64,000 nt of DNA from Bacteroidales bacterium (lineage in GTDB: Bacteria > Bacteroidota > Bacteroidia > Bacteroidales > DTU049): assembly GCA_012520175.1 (NCBI GenBank), contig JAAYOU010000041.1, positions 7,630 to 71,629 of the forward strand, written 5' to 3'. Shown here in pieces: positions 1 through 9,219 of this stretch. A program made the translations under genes and the position numbers. Numbering within the stretch: position 1 is the first letter of the stretch; each line of letters starts with the position of its first letter. The notes under the pieces are model-generated. The model ran no database searches, had not been told where the DNA came from, and worked only from the letters and a program-made list of their open reading frames with translations.

Positions 1-678
1 GCCCTCAACATAGAAGAAACCGTTGAGAGATGTAGGGGTGGCTGTGATATTAGGAGTGGAACTAGATGCTTTTTTATAAAGATATACTGGGTTTTGCCCG
101 CTTGAATAACAAGAAAAAAGAGAACTTGAAGAATTGTATCGTAATATATTTCTTGAAACTCCTGTTTGGCTCGTCATTATAGCAGCATTTGATGAAAAAG
201 TTATTGTCCAAGTAGTTTGTTCAGATTTATTCCTTAAATAATTCTTAGAACTACTTGCAGCATATAGATATCCACCATAAACAGCATCATATAAAGTCCA
301 TGCGCCATTGCTTCCGCCCAAAGTAATTTCGTACGGTTTTCCAAGGTCTCCTATAGAAGTTGCAGTAACAACACCACTTATGGTACCTGAAGAAATAGTA
401 ACAGAAGTAGTTGCTTGTGGTCTGTTATTGGTGTTTTGATAACCTAATGCGTAAGCAGTACCATTAGACTGACTTGAAACAATTATGTATTTTCCACCAG
501 CAACTAAATCAGAAGTAGAAGTACATAATGTGTAAGTTTGTCCTTTTGATATCTCTGGATACATAAATCCAAATATCATTGTAAAACAAAAGAAAACAAC
601 CCACTTCTTCCCTCCAATCCCCACCTTTGCCAAAGCAGGTTCAGACTTTTCCGATTTTGTTATTAAATTTCTTTTCAT
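1..678 (-). CDS. Secreted or surface protein, N-terminal part (C-terminus lies beyond the window start)
   Basis: The minus-strand frame is open from the ATG at 678-676 to the window edge. It is absent from the supplied track because it has no stop in the window. My translation is MKRNLITKSEKSEPALAKVGIGGKKWVVFFCFTMIFGFMYPEISKGQTYTLCTSTSDLVAGGKYIIVSS...GYLYAASSSKNYL...LFSCYSSGQNPVYLYKK. It shows a hydrophobic signal or anchor followed by Ser/Thr/Gly-rich sequence. I recognise no family. Confidence 0.6.
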   Translation of the reverse strand, partial: MKRNLITKSEKSEPALAKVGIGGKKWVVFFCFTMIFGFMYPEISKGQTYTLCTSTSDLVAGGKYIIVSSQSNGTAYALGYQNTNNRPQATTSVTISSGTISGVVTATSIGDLGKPYEITLGGSNGAWTLYDAVYGGYLYAASSSKNYLRNKSEQTTWTITFSSNAAIMTSQTGVSRNILRYNSSSSLFSCYSSGQNPVYLYKKASSSTPNITATPTSLNGFFYVEG

Positions 679-952
679 GACCGTATCTTTAGTTTCTTTA
701 ATTATCATCTCTAAGTCGCATTACAAACGAAATACTTTGATGCCATCCCGAAAGTTTTCGATATTAAACAAAGCCGCTTTTCAATCCAATCAGAACAAGT
801 TTAAGAAAAACCTACCAAGCTTAAAATCGCATACAAAAATACGTTTAAACATCTATTTTATAATTAATTTAAAGTTAAATAATGGATAATAAAACATTAT
901 TTACAATGTTACAAAAATTTTGCTTAGTTTTTTAGTTTGGAAAGCTGGAAAG

Positions 953-1175
953 TCGTCACCACTCGTAACTGTCTGGCTATTAGGACTTTACGAGAATGCG
1001 GTGAGACTTTTAGATGGGCAGGCGCAACTCGTTGATTATCATGGTTTTACGCGAACGCGGCGAACTATCATGTGGGTTTTCATAACTTGTTGATTATCAG
1101 CGGTTTACGCGGACGGGACTATAAACCGTTACCACCCTAGTAACTATTTGATTATCAGAACTTTATAACCAAACA
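953..1175. repeat. Four degenerate tandem units of about 58 bp, GC-richer than their surroundings, with core TGATTATCA followed by TTTACGCG
   Basis: TGATTATCA cores lie at 1033-1041, 1091-1099 and 1149-1157, exactly 58 bp apart. A diverged core TGGCTATTA lies at 974-982. Each core is followed by (G)GTTTACGCG-type sequence. No ORF of 60 aa or more covers the region. A homologous copy lies at 59755-59880. Confidence 0.7.
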
Positions 1176-1276
1176 AATAATAAGAATAAGAACAATAAAC
1201 ATAGAAATATGTTATAATATAGTTTCATAATTACAAAAATCGTCTAAAATATAGCATTTTCATCATTTTGATTAAA

Positions 1277-2194
1277 TTATTCTGTTTTTATTCCAATTTT
1301 TAATTTTCTTTTTGAAAGTTTTTTTATGTTTTTAATTGGAGCTAGTTCCATTTTTTTTGTTTCTTTATTCGGACAATATTGCGTGCCATAAAGTTGTTTC
1401 TTTCCTTTATTAACTCTCAGTTTGTCAATATACAGTGCATAATCTTCTGGCTTAACTTTTCCTTCTAAAAAAGCTTTTTTCATAAAGGGTTTCATTTTTT
1501 TTAAAACATTTAAAGAAGAGTGCCATAATACAAGCATAAATCCCGCATAAGCACTTCCCTTTATTTTAAAAGATGAAATATCATTTTTTAAGTCTAAAAA
1601 ATATTTTAATATTACAGCCTCATTTTCTTCATCAATTTTTCTTTGCAAAGCCCAAATATCTTTTATTCCTTGCTTTTCTTTTAAAAAATCTATTTTACAT
1701 GGTGAAAGCCCTCTATACTTTTGGTCTGACCCTATCATAAGAGCAAGGTCTATTTCATTTTGTGTTTTTCCTACGAAAGTTTTTTCAATAGCTGTTTTTG
1801 TAATTTCTTCCCATTCTGGAAAATGCCTGTAAGAATCAAAAACACAATCTGATATATCAACAAATCTAAACATTTTTGATTCGTTCACAACAATAAATAA
1901 ATATTTGAATACAGAATCTTTTGGCGATTGTTGAACAGCATGGCATTTTGCAAGCATAGTCATTGCAAAATAAAATGTAGTGCCCTTTTCATAATCAATA
2001 AATTTACTATACTCTATTTTTGCTTCTTCATATTTACAATCATTATACAATGAGTCTGCTTTCTCTGTCCCACACTCACACATTGCATCAAAAAGTTGGC
2101 ATTTTGCACTAAATGTCAATCCTAAAATAATGCAAAGATTTATTAAAAAAGAAAAGACAACCGTTTTTCCCGCTCTATGTTTTAATTTTTTCAT
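1277..2194 (-). CDS. Hypothetical exported protein; the C-terminal half resembles DUF6624-type proteins (tentative)
   Basis: 305-aa ORF with an N-terminal hydrophobic segment (VVFSFLINLCIILGLTFSAKC). Its start overlaps the aroA stop by ATGA (2191-2194). Segments such as DQKYRG...DEENEAVILKY...GFMLVLWHS...YALYIDKLRVNKGKKQLYGTQY recall a Bacteroidota DUF family. That identification is from memory only. Confidence 0.6.
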   Translation of the reverse strand: MKKLKHRAGKTVVFSFLINLCIILGLTFSAKCQLFDAMCECGTEKADSLYNDCKYEEAKIEYSKFIDYEKGTTFYFAMTMLAKCHAVQQSPKDSVFKYLFIVVNESKMFRFVDISDCVFDSYRHFPEWEEITKTAIEKTFVGKTQNEIDLALMIGSDQKYRGLSPCKIDFLKEKQGIKDIWALQRKIDEENEAVILKYFLDLKNDISSFKIKGSAYAGFMLVLWHSSLNVLKKMKPFMKKAFLEGKVKPEDYALYIDKLRVNKGKKQLYGTQYCPNKETKKMELAPIKNIKKLSKRKLKIGIKTE

Positions 2195-3447
2195 TCCGAT
2201 ATTTTCTTCAAATCTTTAAAAAATGTTGGATATGATTTGTTTACCGCATTTATACTGTTTAAAATAATATCGCCTTTTGCAATAATTCTTGCTATTGCTG
2301 CACACATAACAATTCTATGATCGTCAAAACTATCTATAGTTGCACCATTTAAAGTCCCTGAGCCATTTATGAAAAGTGTGTCCTCTTTATTTTCAATTTG
2401 TAATCCCATTTTTGTAAAAGCCGACAAAATTGCTTGCAAGCGGTTAGATTCCTTGTGAATAAGTCTATGTGTGCCTTTTATTACTGACAATCCTTTTGCA
2501 GAAGCAGCCAAAACCACTACAGGAGGAAACAAATCAGGGCTTTCTGAAAGGTCTGTTTTTATTGGTGTTAGCGTGTTTTTACAAACAGAAATAGAACCGT
2601 TTTTCCATGTTATTTCAGCTCCAAAATCTTTCAAAATTTCATATATTTTAGAATCTGGTTGCAACGAATTTTTATTCAATCCTTTTATTGTTATTTGCCC
2701 CGATATTGCTGCTCCAACCAATAGATTTGCTGCGGCACTCCAATCACCCTCCACAGTATAATTGCAAGCAATATATTTTTGATTTCCTTTGATATAAAAC
2801 CGCTTGAAGTCATTATTTTCAACTTCAACGCCAAAATGCCGCATTACGTCTATTGTAACAGAAACATAATTTTTACTTGTGAGATTATGAACAATAATTT
2901 CAGTATTATGCTTCAGTAATGGAGCCACAATGAGTAAACCGGAAAGCATTTGGGAGCTAAAAGAGCCATCTATTTCAATTTTTTTGTTTTTTATTTGTCC
3001 TTTTATAAAAATCGGCAAACTGCCATTTGTGGTTTTAGCACTCACACCGCATTTCTGCAAATATTCTATAAGTGGTGCTATTGGACGCTTGAGCAATGTT
3101 CCAGCGCCCATAACTTCCGTTTCATGCGAAATCAATGTTGCCACAAACGAAAATATTCGCAAGCATAAACCTGACTCGCCTACGTATATTTTAAGATTTT
3201 CCTTGTCAAAAAAAGGCTTAGGGACAATTTTTAAATTCTTTACACCACTTATTTCTGTGCCAAAATTTTGAAGGATTTTTTTTGCAACAAGAGCATCATC
3301 TGAAGGATAGAAGTTTTTTATTACAGATTCCCCTTGTGCCAAGCAAGCAATAGCCAAAGCTCTTTGTAAGTAGCTTTTTGACGCAACCGCATTGATTGTT
3401 CCATTAATTTTATATGGTTTTATCTGGTTCATAATAATTTCAACCAT
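2191..3447 (-). CDS. aroA: 3-phosphoshikimate 1-carboxyvinyltransferase (EPSP synthase)
   Basis: 418-aa ORF with ASKSYLQRALAIACLAQGES near the N-terminus and DDHRIVMCAAIA near the C-terminus, the typical EPSP synthase motifs. It is adjacent to aroD. The start could instead be the internal Met at MNQIKPY. Confidence 0.9.
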   Translation of the reverse strand: MVEIIMNQIKPYKINGTINAVASKSYLQRALAIACLAQGESVIKNFYPSDDALVAKKILQNFGTEISGVKNLKIVPKPFFDKENLKIYVGESGLCLRIFSFVATLISHETEVMGAGTLLKRPIAPLIEYLQKCGVSAKTTNGSLPIFIKGQIKNKKIEIDGSFSSQMLSGLLIVAPLLKHNTEIIVHNLTSKNYVSVTIDVMRHFGVEVENNDFKRFYIKGNQKYIACNYTVEGDWSAAANLLVGAAISGQITIKGLNKNSLQPDSKIYEILKDFGAEITWKNGSISVCKNTLTPIKTDLSESPDLFPPVVVLAASAKGLSVIKGTHRLIHKESNRLQAILSAFTKMGLQIENKEDTLFINGSGTLNGATIDSFDDHRIVMCAAIARIIAKGDIILNSINAVNKSYPTFFKDLKKISE

Positions 3448-4150
3448 TAAAATTTTCTTTGTATGGCAATATTAATTCAATTTCTTTTTGCTTCCATTTC
3501 AAAGCAAGAGACTGCATTTCAGAAAAAGAATACTGCCCTGAAGCTATTGGAGCGCCATTATCTGGATAAGCATACGAAAAAGCTAGTCCATAAGCCATTG
3601 CTATAATTCTAGATTCTCTAAACTTATCGCCCATGCAAAAAACTGTTATATTTTCAAAATCATCAAATAATTTTATTATGTTTTTCAAGTCCTGTTGCTT
3701 GTTTCCTAACGACACATATTTTACTGCATCAACACCAAAAGAAATCATTTTTTCTACTGTCGCGCAAATGCTTTTGTAGTCAGGCGTTTCAATAAAATTA
3801 TGTTCTGAAAATAAAATTTTTAATCCAGCTTGTTTTGCCAAATTCAGCAATCTCTGCGTTTCTTCTAATTGAATTATAGAAAAATCGAAATCAACAAATC
3901 TTATATTGCCATTTAGACTTGCTTTAAAAAGATTTTCGAAATTATTTTCTTTAAAAAAATCTTTTCTTACGGAAACAATCCATTCCTTGCCTAGCGCAAT
4001 TATTTCGCTGATTTCGATTTCTGAAAATTTTATTCTGTCTAATCTGAGTTCAAAAAACGCTGCATCGTTCAACTGCTCCACACATTGATTAAACGTTGTG
4101 CCCGACAAAGACACACAAATGTTTTTATCAAAAAAACTCATTTTAGCCAA
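3440..4150 (-). CDS. aroD: Type I 3-dehydroquinate dehydratase
   Basis: 236 aa. It carries ELRLDRI, SEHNFIETPD (His), AVKYVS (Schiff-base Lys context) and FCMGDKFRESRI...APIASGQ, in the order expected for type I DHQase. It lies immediately upstream of aroA. Confidence 0.75.
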   Translation of the reverse strand: MAKMSFFDKNICVSLSGTTFNQCVEQLNDAAFFELRLDRIKFSEIEISEIIALGKEWIVSVRKDFFKENNFENLFKASLNGNIRFVDFDFSIIQLEETQRLLNLAKQAGLKILFSEHNFIETPDYKSICATVEKMISFGVDAVKYVSLGNKQQDLKNIIKLFDDFENITVFCMGDKFRESRIIAMAYGLAFSYAYPDNGAPIASGQYSFSEMQSLALKWKQKEIELILPYKENFNG

Positions 4151-4208
4151 AAGTGTTTTTTTAAAATTTTGGCTATTTTTTTATAACAAAAGAATAGCTT
4201 TAAAATTC

Positions 4209-5453
4209 TTAAATCATTTTTAGTTCTTTTCCAACTTTAACAAAAGCGGAAATAGCTTTTTCAATATGTTCTTTGCTATGTCCAGCTGAAATTTGAACAC
4301 GGATTCTATCTTTTCCTTTAGGAACAACAGGGAAAGAGAAAGCTGTAACATAAATTCCTTCTTCTAGCATTCTGTCAGCAAATTTCACAGCCAATTTCGA
4401 GCAATCTGGATATTTTCCAAACATTATAGGCGTGATTGGGTGAGTTCCAGGAATTATGTCAAAGCCTGCTTTTGTCATTTCAGAGCGGAAAAACTTTGTA
4501 TTATCTTCTAATTTATCTCTTAGCTCTGTTGATTTAGAAAGCAAATCTAAAACAGCAATCGTTGCACCAACAACAGAAGGAGCTATTGTATTTGAAAATA
4601 AATAAGGTCTAGCTTTATTTCGCATCCAATCAACAATTTCTTTTGAGCTGCTAATACATCCGCCAGAAGCTCCGCCTAATGCTTTTCCAAAGGTTGTTGT
4701 TATAATATCAACACGATCCATCACGTTGCAATGTTCATGCGTTCCGCGTCCTTTCTTGCCCATAAATCCGGAAGCATGACTGTCGTCAACCATAACCATA
4801 GCGTCATATTTTTCAGCTAAGTCGCAAATTTTATCTAAAACAGCGATGTCGCCGTCCATGCTAAACACGCCATCAGTAGCAATCATAATAAATCTACAAC
4901 CTTTTTCGCGAGCTTCTTTCAAGCAACGTTCCAGTCCTTTTGCTTTTTTTCCTGTTGCTGGGTCTAATTCCTCAACATCTCCCATGTCGCTATGTTTGTA
5001 AGCCCATCTTTGAGCTTTACAAAGGCGAACGCCATCAATGATAGAAGCGTGATTTAGAGCGTCACTAATAATCGCATCTTCTGGTCCTAAAAGAGGTTCA
5101 AAAACAGCTGCATTAGCATCAAAACAAGATGAAAAAAGAATTGTATCTTCCATTCCAAGAAATTCAGAAACTTTTCTTTCTAATGTTTTGTGAATATCCT
5201 GTGTGCCGCAAATAAACCTCACAGAAGACAAGCCAAAACCACGATTGTCTATTGCTGCATGAGAAGCCTTTATTACATCAGGGTGTGAAGAAAGTCCAAG
5301 GTAATTGTTTGCACAAAAATTCAATACTTTTTTGCCTTTTACAATGATTTCTGCACCTTGTTCGCTTTCGATAATTCGTTCGTTTTTATAAAGTCCTGCT
5401 TCGCGAATTGCGTCTAGTTCTTTTCTTAAATGTTCTTTTATTTTTGTTTGCAT
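4209..5453 (-). CDS. kbl: Glycine C-acetyltransferase (2-amino-3-ketobutyrate CoA ligase)
   Basis: 414 aa with [31 protein letters not shown] and TFGKALGG (PLP-lysine region). These mark the alpha-oxoamine synthase family, Kbl type. Confidence 0.9.
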   Translation of the reverse strand: MQTKIKEHLRKELDAIREAGLYKNERIIESEQGAEIIVKGKKVLNFCANNYLGLSSHPDVIKASHAAIDNRGFGLSSVRFICGTQDIHKTLERKVSEFLGMEDTILFSSCFDANAAVFEPLLGPEDAIISDALNHASIIDGVRLCKAQRWAYKHSDMGDVEELDPATGKKAKGLERCLKEAREKGCRFIMIATDGVFSMDGDIAVLDKICDLAEKYDAMVMVDDSHASGFMGKKGRGTHEHCNVMDRVDIITTTFGKALGGASGGCISSSKEIVDWMRNKARPYLFSNTIAPSVVGATIAVLDLLSKSTELRDKLEDNTKFFRSEMTKAGFDIIPGTHPITPIMFGKYPDCSKLAVKFADRMLEEGIYVTAFSFPVVPKGKDRIRVQISAGHSKEHIEKAISAFVKVGKELKMI

Positions 5454-5615
5454 AATTTTATTTTTTTATCCTTACAAAGCTACATCTTTTTTTTATTTTT
5501 GCATAATTAAGATTCAAATTTATGCTGAATTTTCAATTATTATTTATACAAAAACATATCTGTTGGTATTATCCCAAAAGCTAAACCAGAATACTTTTAA
5601 ACAATATTTGACGAA

Positions 5616-8030
5616 ATGAAAAACCATATATTATTTTTTTTAATTTCATTTTTTTCATTTGTCGCAAATGCACAAGAATATTTTTATTCAGGTCGTGTGT
5701 TCGATGCTGAAAATAACGAGCCTCTTGCTTTTGTAAACTTAAAAGATGTTTCGTCAAACAATGGCTGTATAAGTGATATTGAAGGTGTGTTTTTGTTGAA
5801 ATCAGATAAAAAAATTGATTCTATTAGTGTTAGTTATGTCGGATACATTTCTGATACCATCACAATTAAAGAAAAATCAAACATAAATATTTATTTAAAA
5901 AGAAACATCATCACTCTTGCTGAAGTAATTATTTTGCCAGGAGAAAATCCTGCACACCGCATTATTGATAGTGCTATTTGCTATTTTCAAAAAAACGACC
6001 CGTTTTCTTTAAATTCGTTTTCTTATTCTTCTTATGGGAAATTTTTAATGACAATAAATATTGATTCAACTACTGAAGCAAAGTTTAGCAAAGAAGACTC
6101 GTCGTTTTTAAGAGTCAAAAAGTTTTTAAATAATCAGCATTTGTTTTTGATGGAAAGCGTTTCTGAGCGTAAATTCTTAAAGCCAGACAAGGACAATGAA
6201 AACATTGTTGCATCGCGCGTTTCGGGAATGTCAAATCCCTTGTTTACATTGTTAATAAGCCAAATTCAGCCTTTTTCGTTTTACAAACCGCTCATTTCCA
6301 TTGCTGACAAAAAATATGTAAATCCAATAAGCTCGGGCAGTACAAATAAATACTTTTTTTTGCTAAAAGACACTCTTTTTGAAGGCTCCGACACAATTTT
6401 TATAATTTCGTTTGAGCCTAAAAAAGGTAAGAATTTTGAGTCGCTAAAAGGGCTACTGTACATCCATTCAAACAAATGGGCAATTCAAAGTGTTATTGCG
6501 GAATCCAGCGAGAATTTATCTGATTTTTCTTTTAAAATTAAGCAAGATTATTTTCGCCCAGACTCAATAAATTGGTTCCCCAAAAAATTGCAAACTTTTA
6601 TATTATTCAAGTCTATTGCTATAGGTGGCTTAAATCCTATTGGACACAATTCTGTTGATATTTCTGACGTAAAGATAAATCCGGAAATAAAAAAATCTGA
6701 ATTTGAGCCGGCAACCTTAATAATAAGTCCTGATGCAAAAAAGAAAGACAGCGTCTATTGGGATGCTGCTCGTCCTGAAAAGCTCACTATACAAGAAAAA
6801 AACACATATCGCATCATAGACAGCATTGGCAAAAAGGAAAATTTTGACAAATTCATAAATGTTACAAAAGCTTTGCTTAGTGGCTTTATTCCTTGGGGTC
6901 CTGTATCCTTGGAAATAGATAAATTTTATTCATACAACGTTGTGGAAGGAAACAGGTTTGGACTAGGATTAAAAACAAATAATCGCGTTTCTCGGAGATT
7001 TAGCTTATACGGCTATTATGGCTATGGTTTAAAAGATAAAAAACACAAATTTGCAAGTCGCGTTGATGTTTTTCTAAACAAAAAATTAGATAGAAAAATT
7101 GCTTTTGGCTATAAGCAAGATGTTTTTGAAGATGGCTTTGTGAAATTCGGAGAAGAATCTGCGTCTTTGCTTTCTACAGAGGGTTTTAGAAATTATTTTA
7201 CAAATCGCATAGATTACTACAACATGATTCATTTTGACTTTAAATCGCGATTTGGAAAATCTTGGCAAATTTCATCATCAATATACAGAGCTGTTTTGCG
7301 GTCGCCTTCAGATATTTTATTTGGAAATTATAATGAATTTGGATTTTCAGGAACAAATCTTTTTACACTAAGTGATGTTTATTTGCAAATAGGCTATTTT
7401 GGTGGAAAAAAATATCTTCAAGAAGACGATTATTCCTTGCTTATAAGCGAAAATCAAACTATGCCATCTGTTTCTTTAAGCATTTGGCGCAGTTTTCCGA
7501 AAATTGCAGATTGTAACATTTCTCTAACAAGAGCAGCATTGCGTATTTCGCAAATTGTCAACACTCGCTATTACGGCACATTTTCGTGGGTATTGGAAGG
7601 AAATATTGTTTCTCCAAAAGTTCCGCTATCATTGTCTATAGGCACTCCTGCTTCTTATGAGTTTTTCTCAATTTTTTCTCCTAACTCATTTGAAACAATG
7701 CGTATAAACGAGTTTTACAGCACACAATCTGCATTTTTATTTTTGCGACACTCGTTTTTGCCTTTGTTTGGTAAAAAGAGATTTTCTCCCGTTCCCGAGC
7801 TTGTAACAAACATAGCTTTCGGCTCATATAAAAACAAAGAATACATCAAAACTCCAGAATTTAAAACTTTAGAAAATGGCTTTTTTGAATCTGGATTGTT
7901 TTTAAACGACATTTTAGACATGAAACTCTATACAATCGGCATTGGAGCTGTTTATAGATATGGGTACAACAGTTTTGATAGAGTCAAAGACAATGTTGCT
8001 ATCAAAATGTCCTTAAAATTCAAGATTTAA
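5616..8030 (+). CDS. Carboxypeptidase-regulatory-like domain plus DUF5686-type outer-membrane-associated protein
   Basis: 804 aa with a signal peptide (ILFFLISFFSFVANAQ). An N-terminal CarboxypepD_reg-like segment follows (GRVFDAENNEPLAFVNLK...GYISDTITI). The long C-terminal region ends in an aromatic-rich beta-barrel-like tail (...MSLKFKI). Confidence 0.65.
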   Translation: MKNHILFFLISFFSFVANAQEYFYSGRVFDAENNEPLAFVNLKDVSSNNGCISDIEGVFLLKSDKKIDSISVSYVGYISDTITIKEKSNINIYLKRNIITLAEVIILPGENPAHRIIDSAICYFQKNDPFSLNSFSYSSYGKFLMTINIDSTTEAKFSKEDSSFLRVKKFLNNQHLFLMESVSERKFLKPDKDNENIVASRVSGMSNPLFTLLISQIQPFSFYKPLISIADKKYVNPISSGSTNKYFFLLKDTLFEGSDTIFIISFEPKKGKNFESLKGLLYIHSNKWAIQSVIAESSENLSDFSFKIKQDYFRPDSINWFPKKLQTFILFKSIAIGGLNPIGHNSVDISDVKINPEIKKSEFEPATLIISPDAKKKDSVYWDAARPEKLTIQEKNTYRIIDSIGKKENFDKFINVTKALLSGFIPWGPVSLEIDKFYSYNVVEGNRFGLGLKTNNRVSRRFSLYGYYGYGLKDKKHKFASRVDVFLNKKLDRKIAFGYKQDVFEDGFVKFGEESASLLSTEGFRNYFTNRIDYYNMIHFDFKSRFGKSWQISSSIYRAVLRSPSDILFGNYNEFGFSGTNLFTLSDVYLQIGYFGGKKYLQEDDYSLLISENQTMPSVSLSIWRSFPKIADCNISLTRAALRISQIVNTRYYGTFSWVLEGNIVSPKVPLSLSIGTPASYEFFSIFSPNSFETMRINEFYSTQSAFLFLRHSFLPLFGKKRFSPVPELVTNIAFGSYKNKEYIKTPEFKTLENGFFESGLFLNDILDMKLYTIGIGAVYRYGYNSFDRVKDNVAIKMSLKFKI

Positions 8031-9076
8031 TTCTCTTTTTCAAAGAAAGTTTTATAATAATTTAATTTCTTTTCCTCGTCAAAGCCTCTTTCTATCCATT
8101 CTCTTTTACCATGAACATATATGTGAAAATTGCTGTCGAGCTTTATTACGCTTTTAAAATATCTCGCCATTTTCTTTACAGCTCTATCGTTCACTAAAAA
8201 GTTTTGGTTCACCATATCTAAGTCTTGGTCTCTAGAAAAAACTCTTGCAAAATGAGTAAAGCTATCTTTTAACTCTTGCTGCTTAAGGACTTCGTCTTCA
8301 TAATCGCGTACAGCAAACTCATCATTTGCTTTAAAATATTCCATGCTTTTAATGAGCAAATCTGCTTGGTCTGGACGTGTTGTTTCAAACTCTTCTGGAA
8401 TTTTTTCCATAACAAACTCTTTACACATTTGCATTGCCATTTGTGTTTTGTAAAAGCTGTCTATGTTTTGCTTCAACACCATAAAATTATCCATCCAAAG
8501 GCGCAAGTCTAGTCCTTTGCTTTTCCCTGAACAAGAAATTATATAGCCGTTTTCCTCATCTGTATTGCAAATAATGCATCCCGACAAAAAGCCAGAAGGG
8601 TCTGTCCCTGATTGCATTTCTATTGCATATTTTGTTTCATTGCTATATAATTTAACGAAGTTTTTTCTTTCATCCATAAGGAAAAAAGCAACAGCATCTG
8701 TTTCCTCGTCGTCAACTAACATTCCTCTAAAATATGCCACCCAAAATTCTCCTCCATGCAACTTTGGGCTTTGCATAAGTTCATATAATTCTTTTGCAGC
8801 ACTAATGCTTTCTGGAATGAAATTCTCATCTACATCTTGGAAAATCTTTTTGCATCTGGTTTTCATCACGTTCAAATTAACATCTGTGTCGTGATAAAAA
8901 TTAAACAATGAATCTTCTTTTTTAAAAGGCATTAAAAGCTGATTTCCAAGAGAATTCAAATATGCATCATTTAGAGAAACCAGCTCTTCTGAAAGAGTTA
9001 ATCCATCTTCTAAAACTTTGTTCCCTACACGATGTATGATAAGTTTTGATAAATATGCACTTTCTATATTAATCAT
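8027..9076 (-). CDS. Nucleoid-associated protein, NdpA/YejK-like (NA37 family)
   Basis: 349 aa. The N-terminus LSKLIIHRVGNK matches the characteristic IVHxVGNK opening of Bacteroidota NA37-family proteins. Identification is from memory. Confidence 0.6.
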   Translation of the reverse strand: MINIESAYLSKLIIHRVGNKVLEDGLTLSEELVSLNDAYLNSLGNQLLMPFKKEDSLFNFYHDTDVNLNVMKTRCKKIFQDVDENFIPESISAAKELYELMQSPKLHGGEFWVAYFRGMLVDDEETDAVAFFLMDERKNFVKLYSNETKYAIEMQSGTDPSGFLSGCIICNTDEENGYIISCSGKSKGLDLRLWMDNFMVLKQNIDSFYKTQMAMQMCKEFVMEKIPEEFETTRPDQADLLIKSMEYFKANDEFAVRDYEDEVLKQQELKDSFTHFARVFSRDQDLDMVNQNFLVNDRAVKKMARYFKSVIKLDSNFHIYVHGKREWIERGFDEEKKLNYYKTFFEKEN

Positions 9077-9164
9077 GAGTTTATTTTTTACAAAAATAGT
9101 TTAAAAAACAATACTACGCTTCTACCTTGCGTGATATAATTTTATTTTCAATTTGGCATTATAC

Positions 9165-9203
9165 AAAAATCATTACCACATTTGAAGTGATAATGATTTT
9201 TTA
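9165..9203 (-). terminator. Rho-independent terminator downstream of mutB (works on either strand)
   Basis: A 12-bp stem pairs AATCATTACCAC (9168-9179) with GTGATAATGATT (9187-9198), with one mismatch and a 7-nt loop. It is flanked by an A-run and a T-run. Confidence 0.55.
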
Positions 9204-9219
9204 TTCTAACTAAAAAGCA

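Noticed and set aside
677-889. 70-aa plus-strand ORF starting at the surface-protein start codon
   Set aside because: The peptide is low-complexity and basic, shows no motif, and lies in the promoter region of the divergent gene. It is most likely spurious.
953-1175. Possible CRISPR array, given the regular 58-bp period
   Set aside because: The repeated parts are degenerate rather than identical. The 'spacers' are themselves related between units. There are only 3-4 units, and no cas genes or leader are present in the window.
2471-3271. Plus-strand ORFs (2471..2761, 2930..3271, 2950..3168) inside aroA. The same class occurs throughout the track, for example 15693..16061, 35858..36247, 37744..38151, 39473..39913, 41315..41656 and 42070..42379.
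   Set aside because: Each lies wholly antisense to, or out of frame within, a longer ORF with clear family motifs. Their translations are low-complexity (F/L/I/S/K-rich), as expected from chance open frames in AT-rich DNA.
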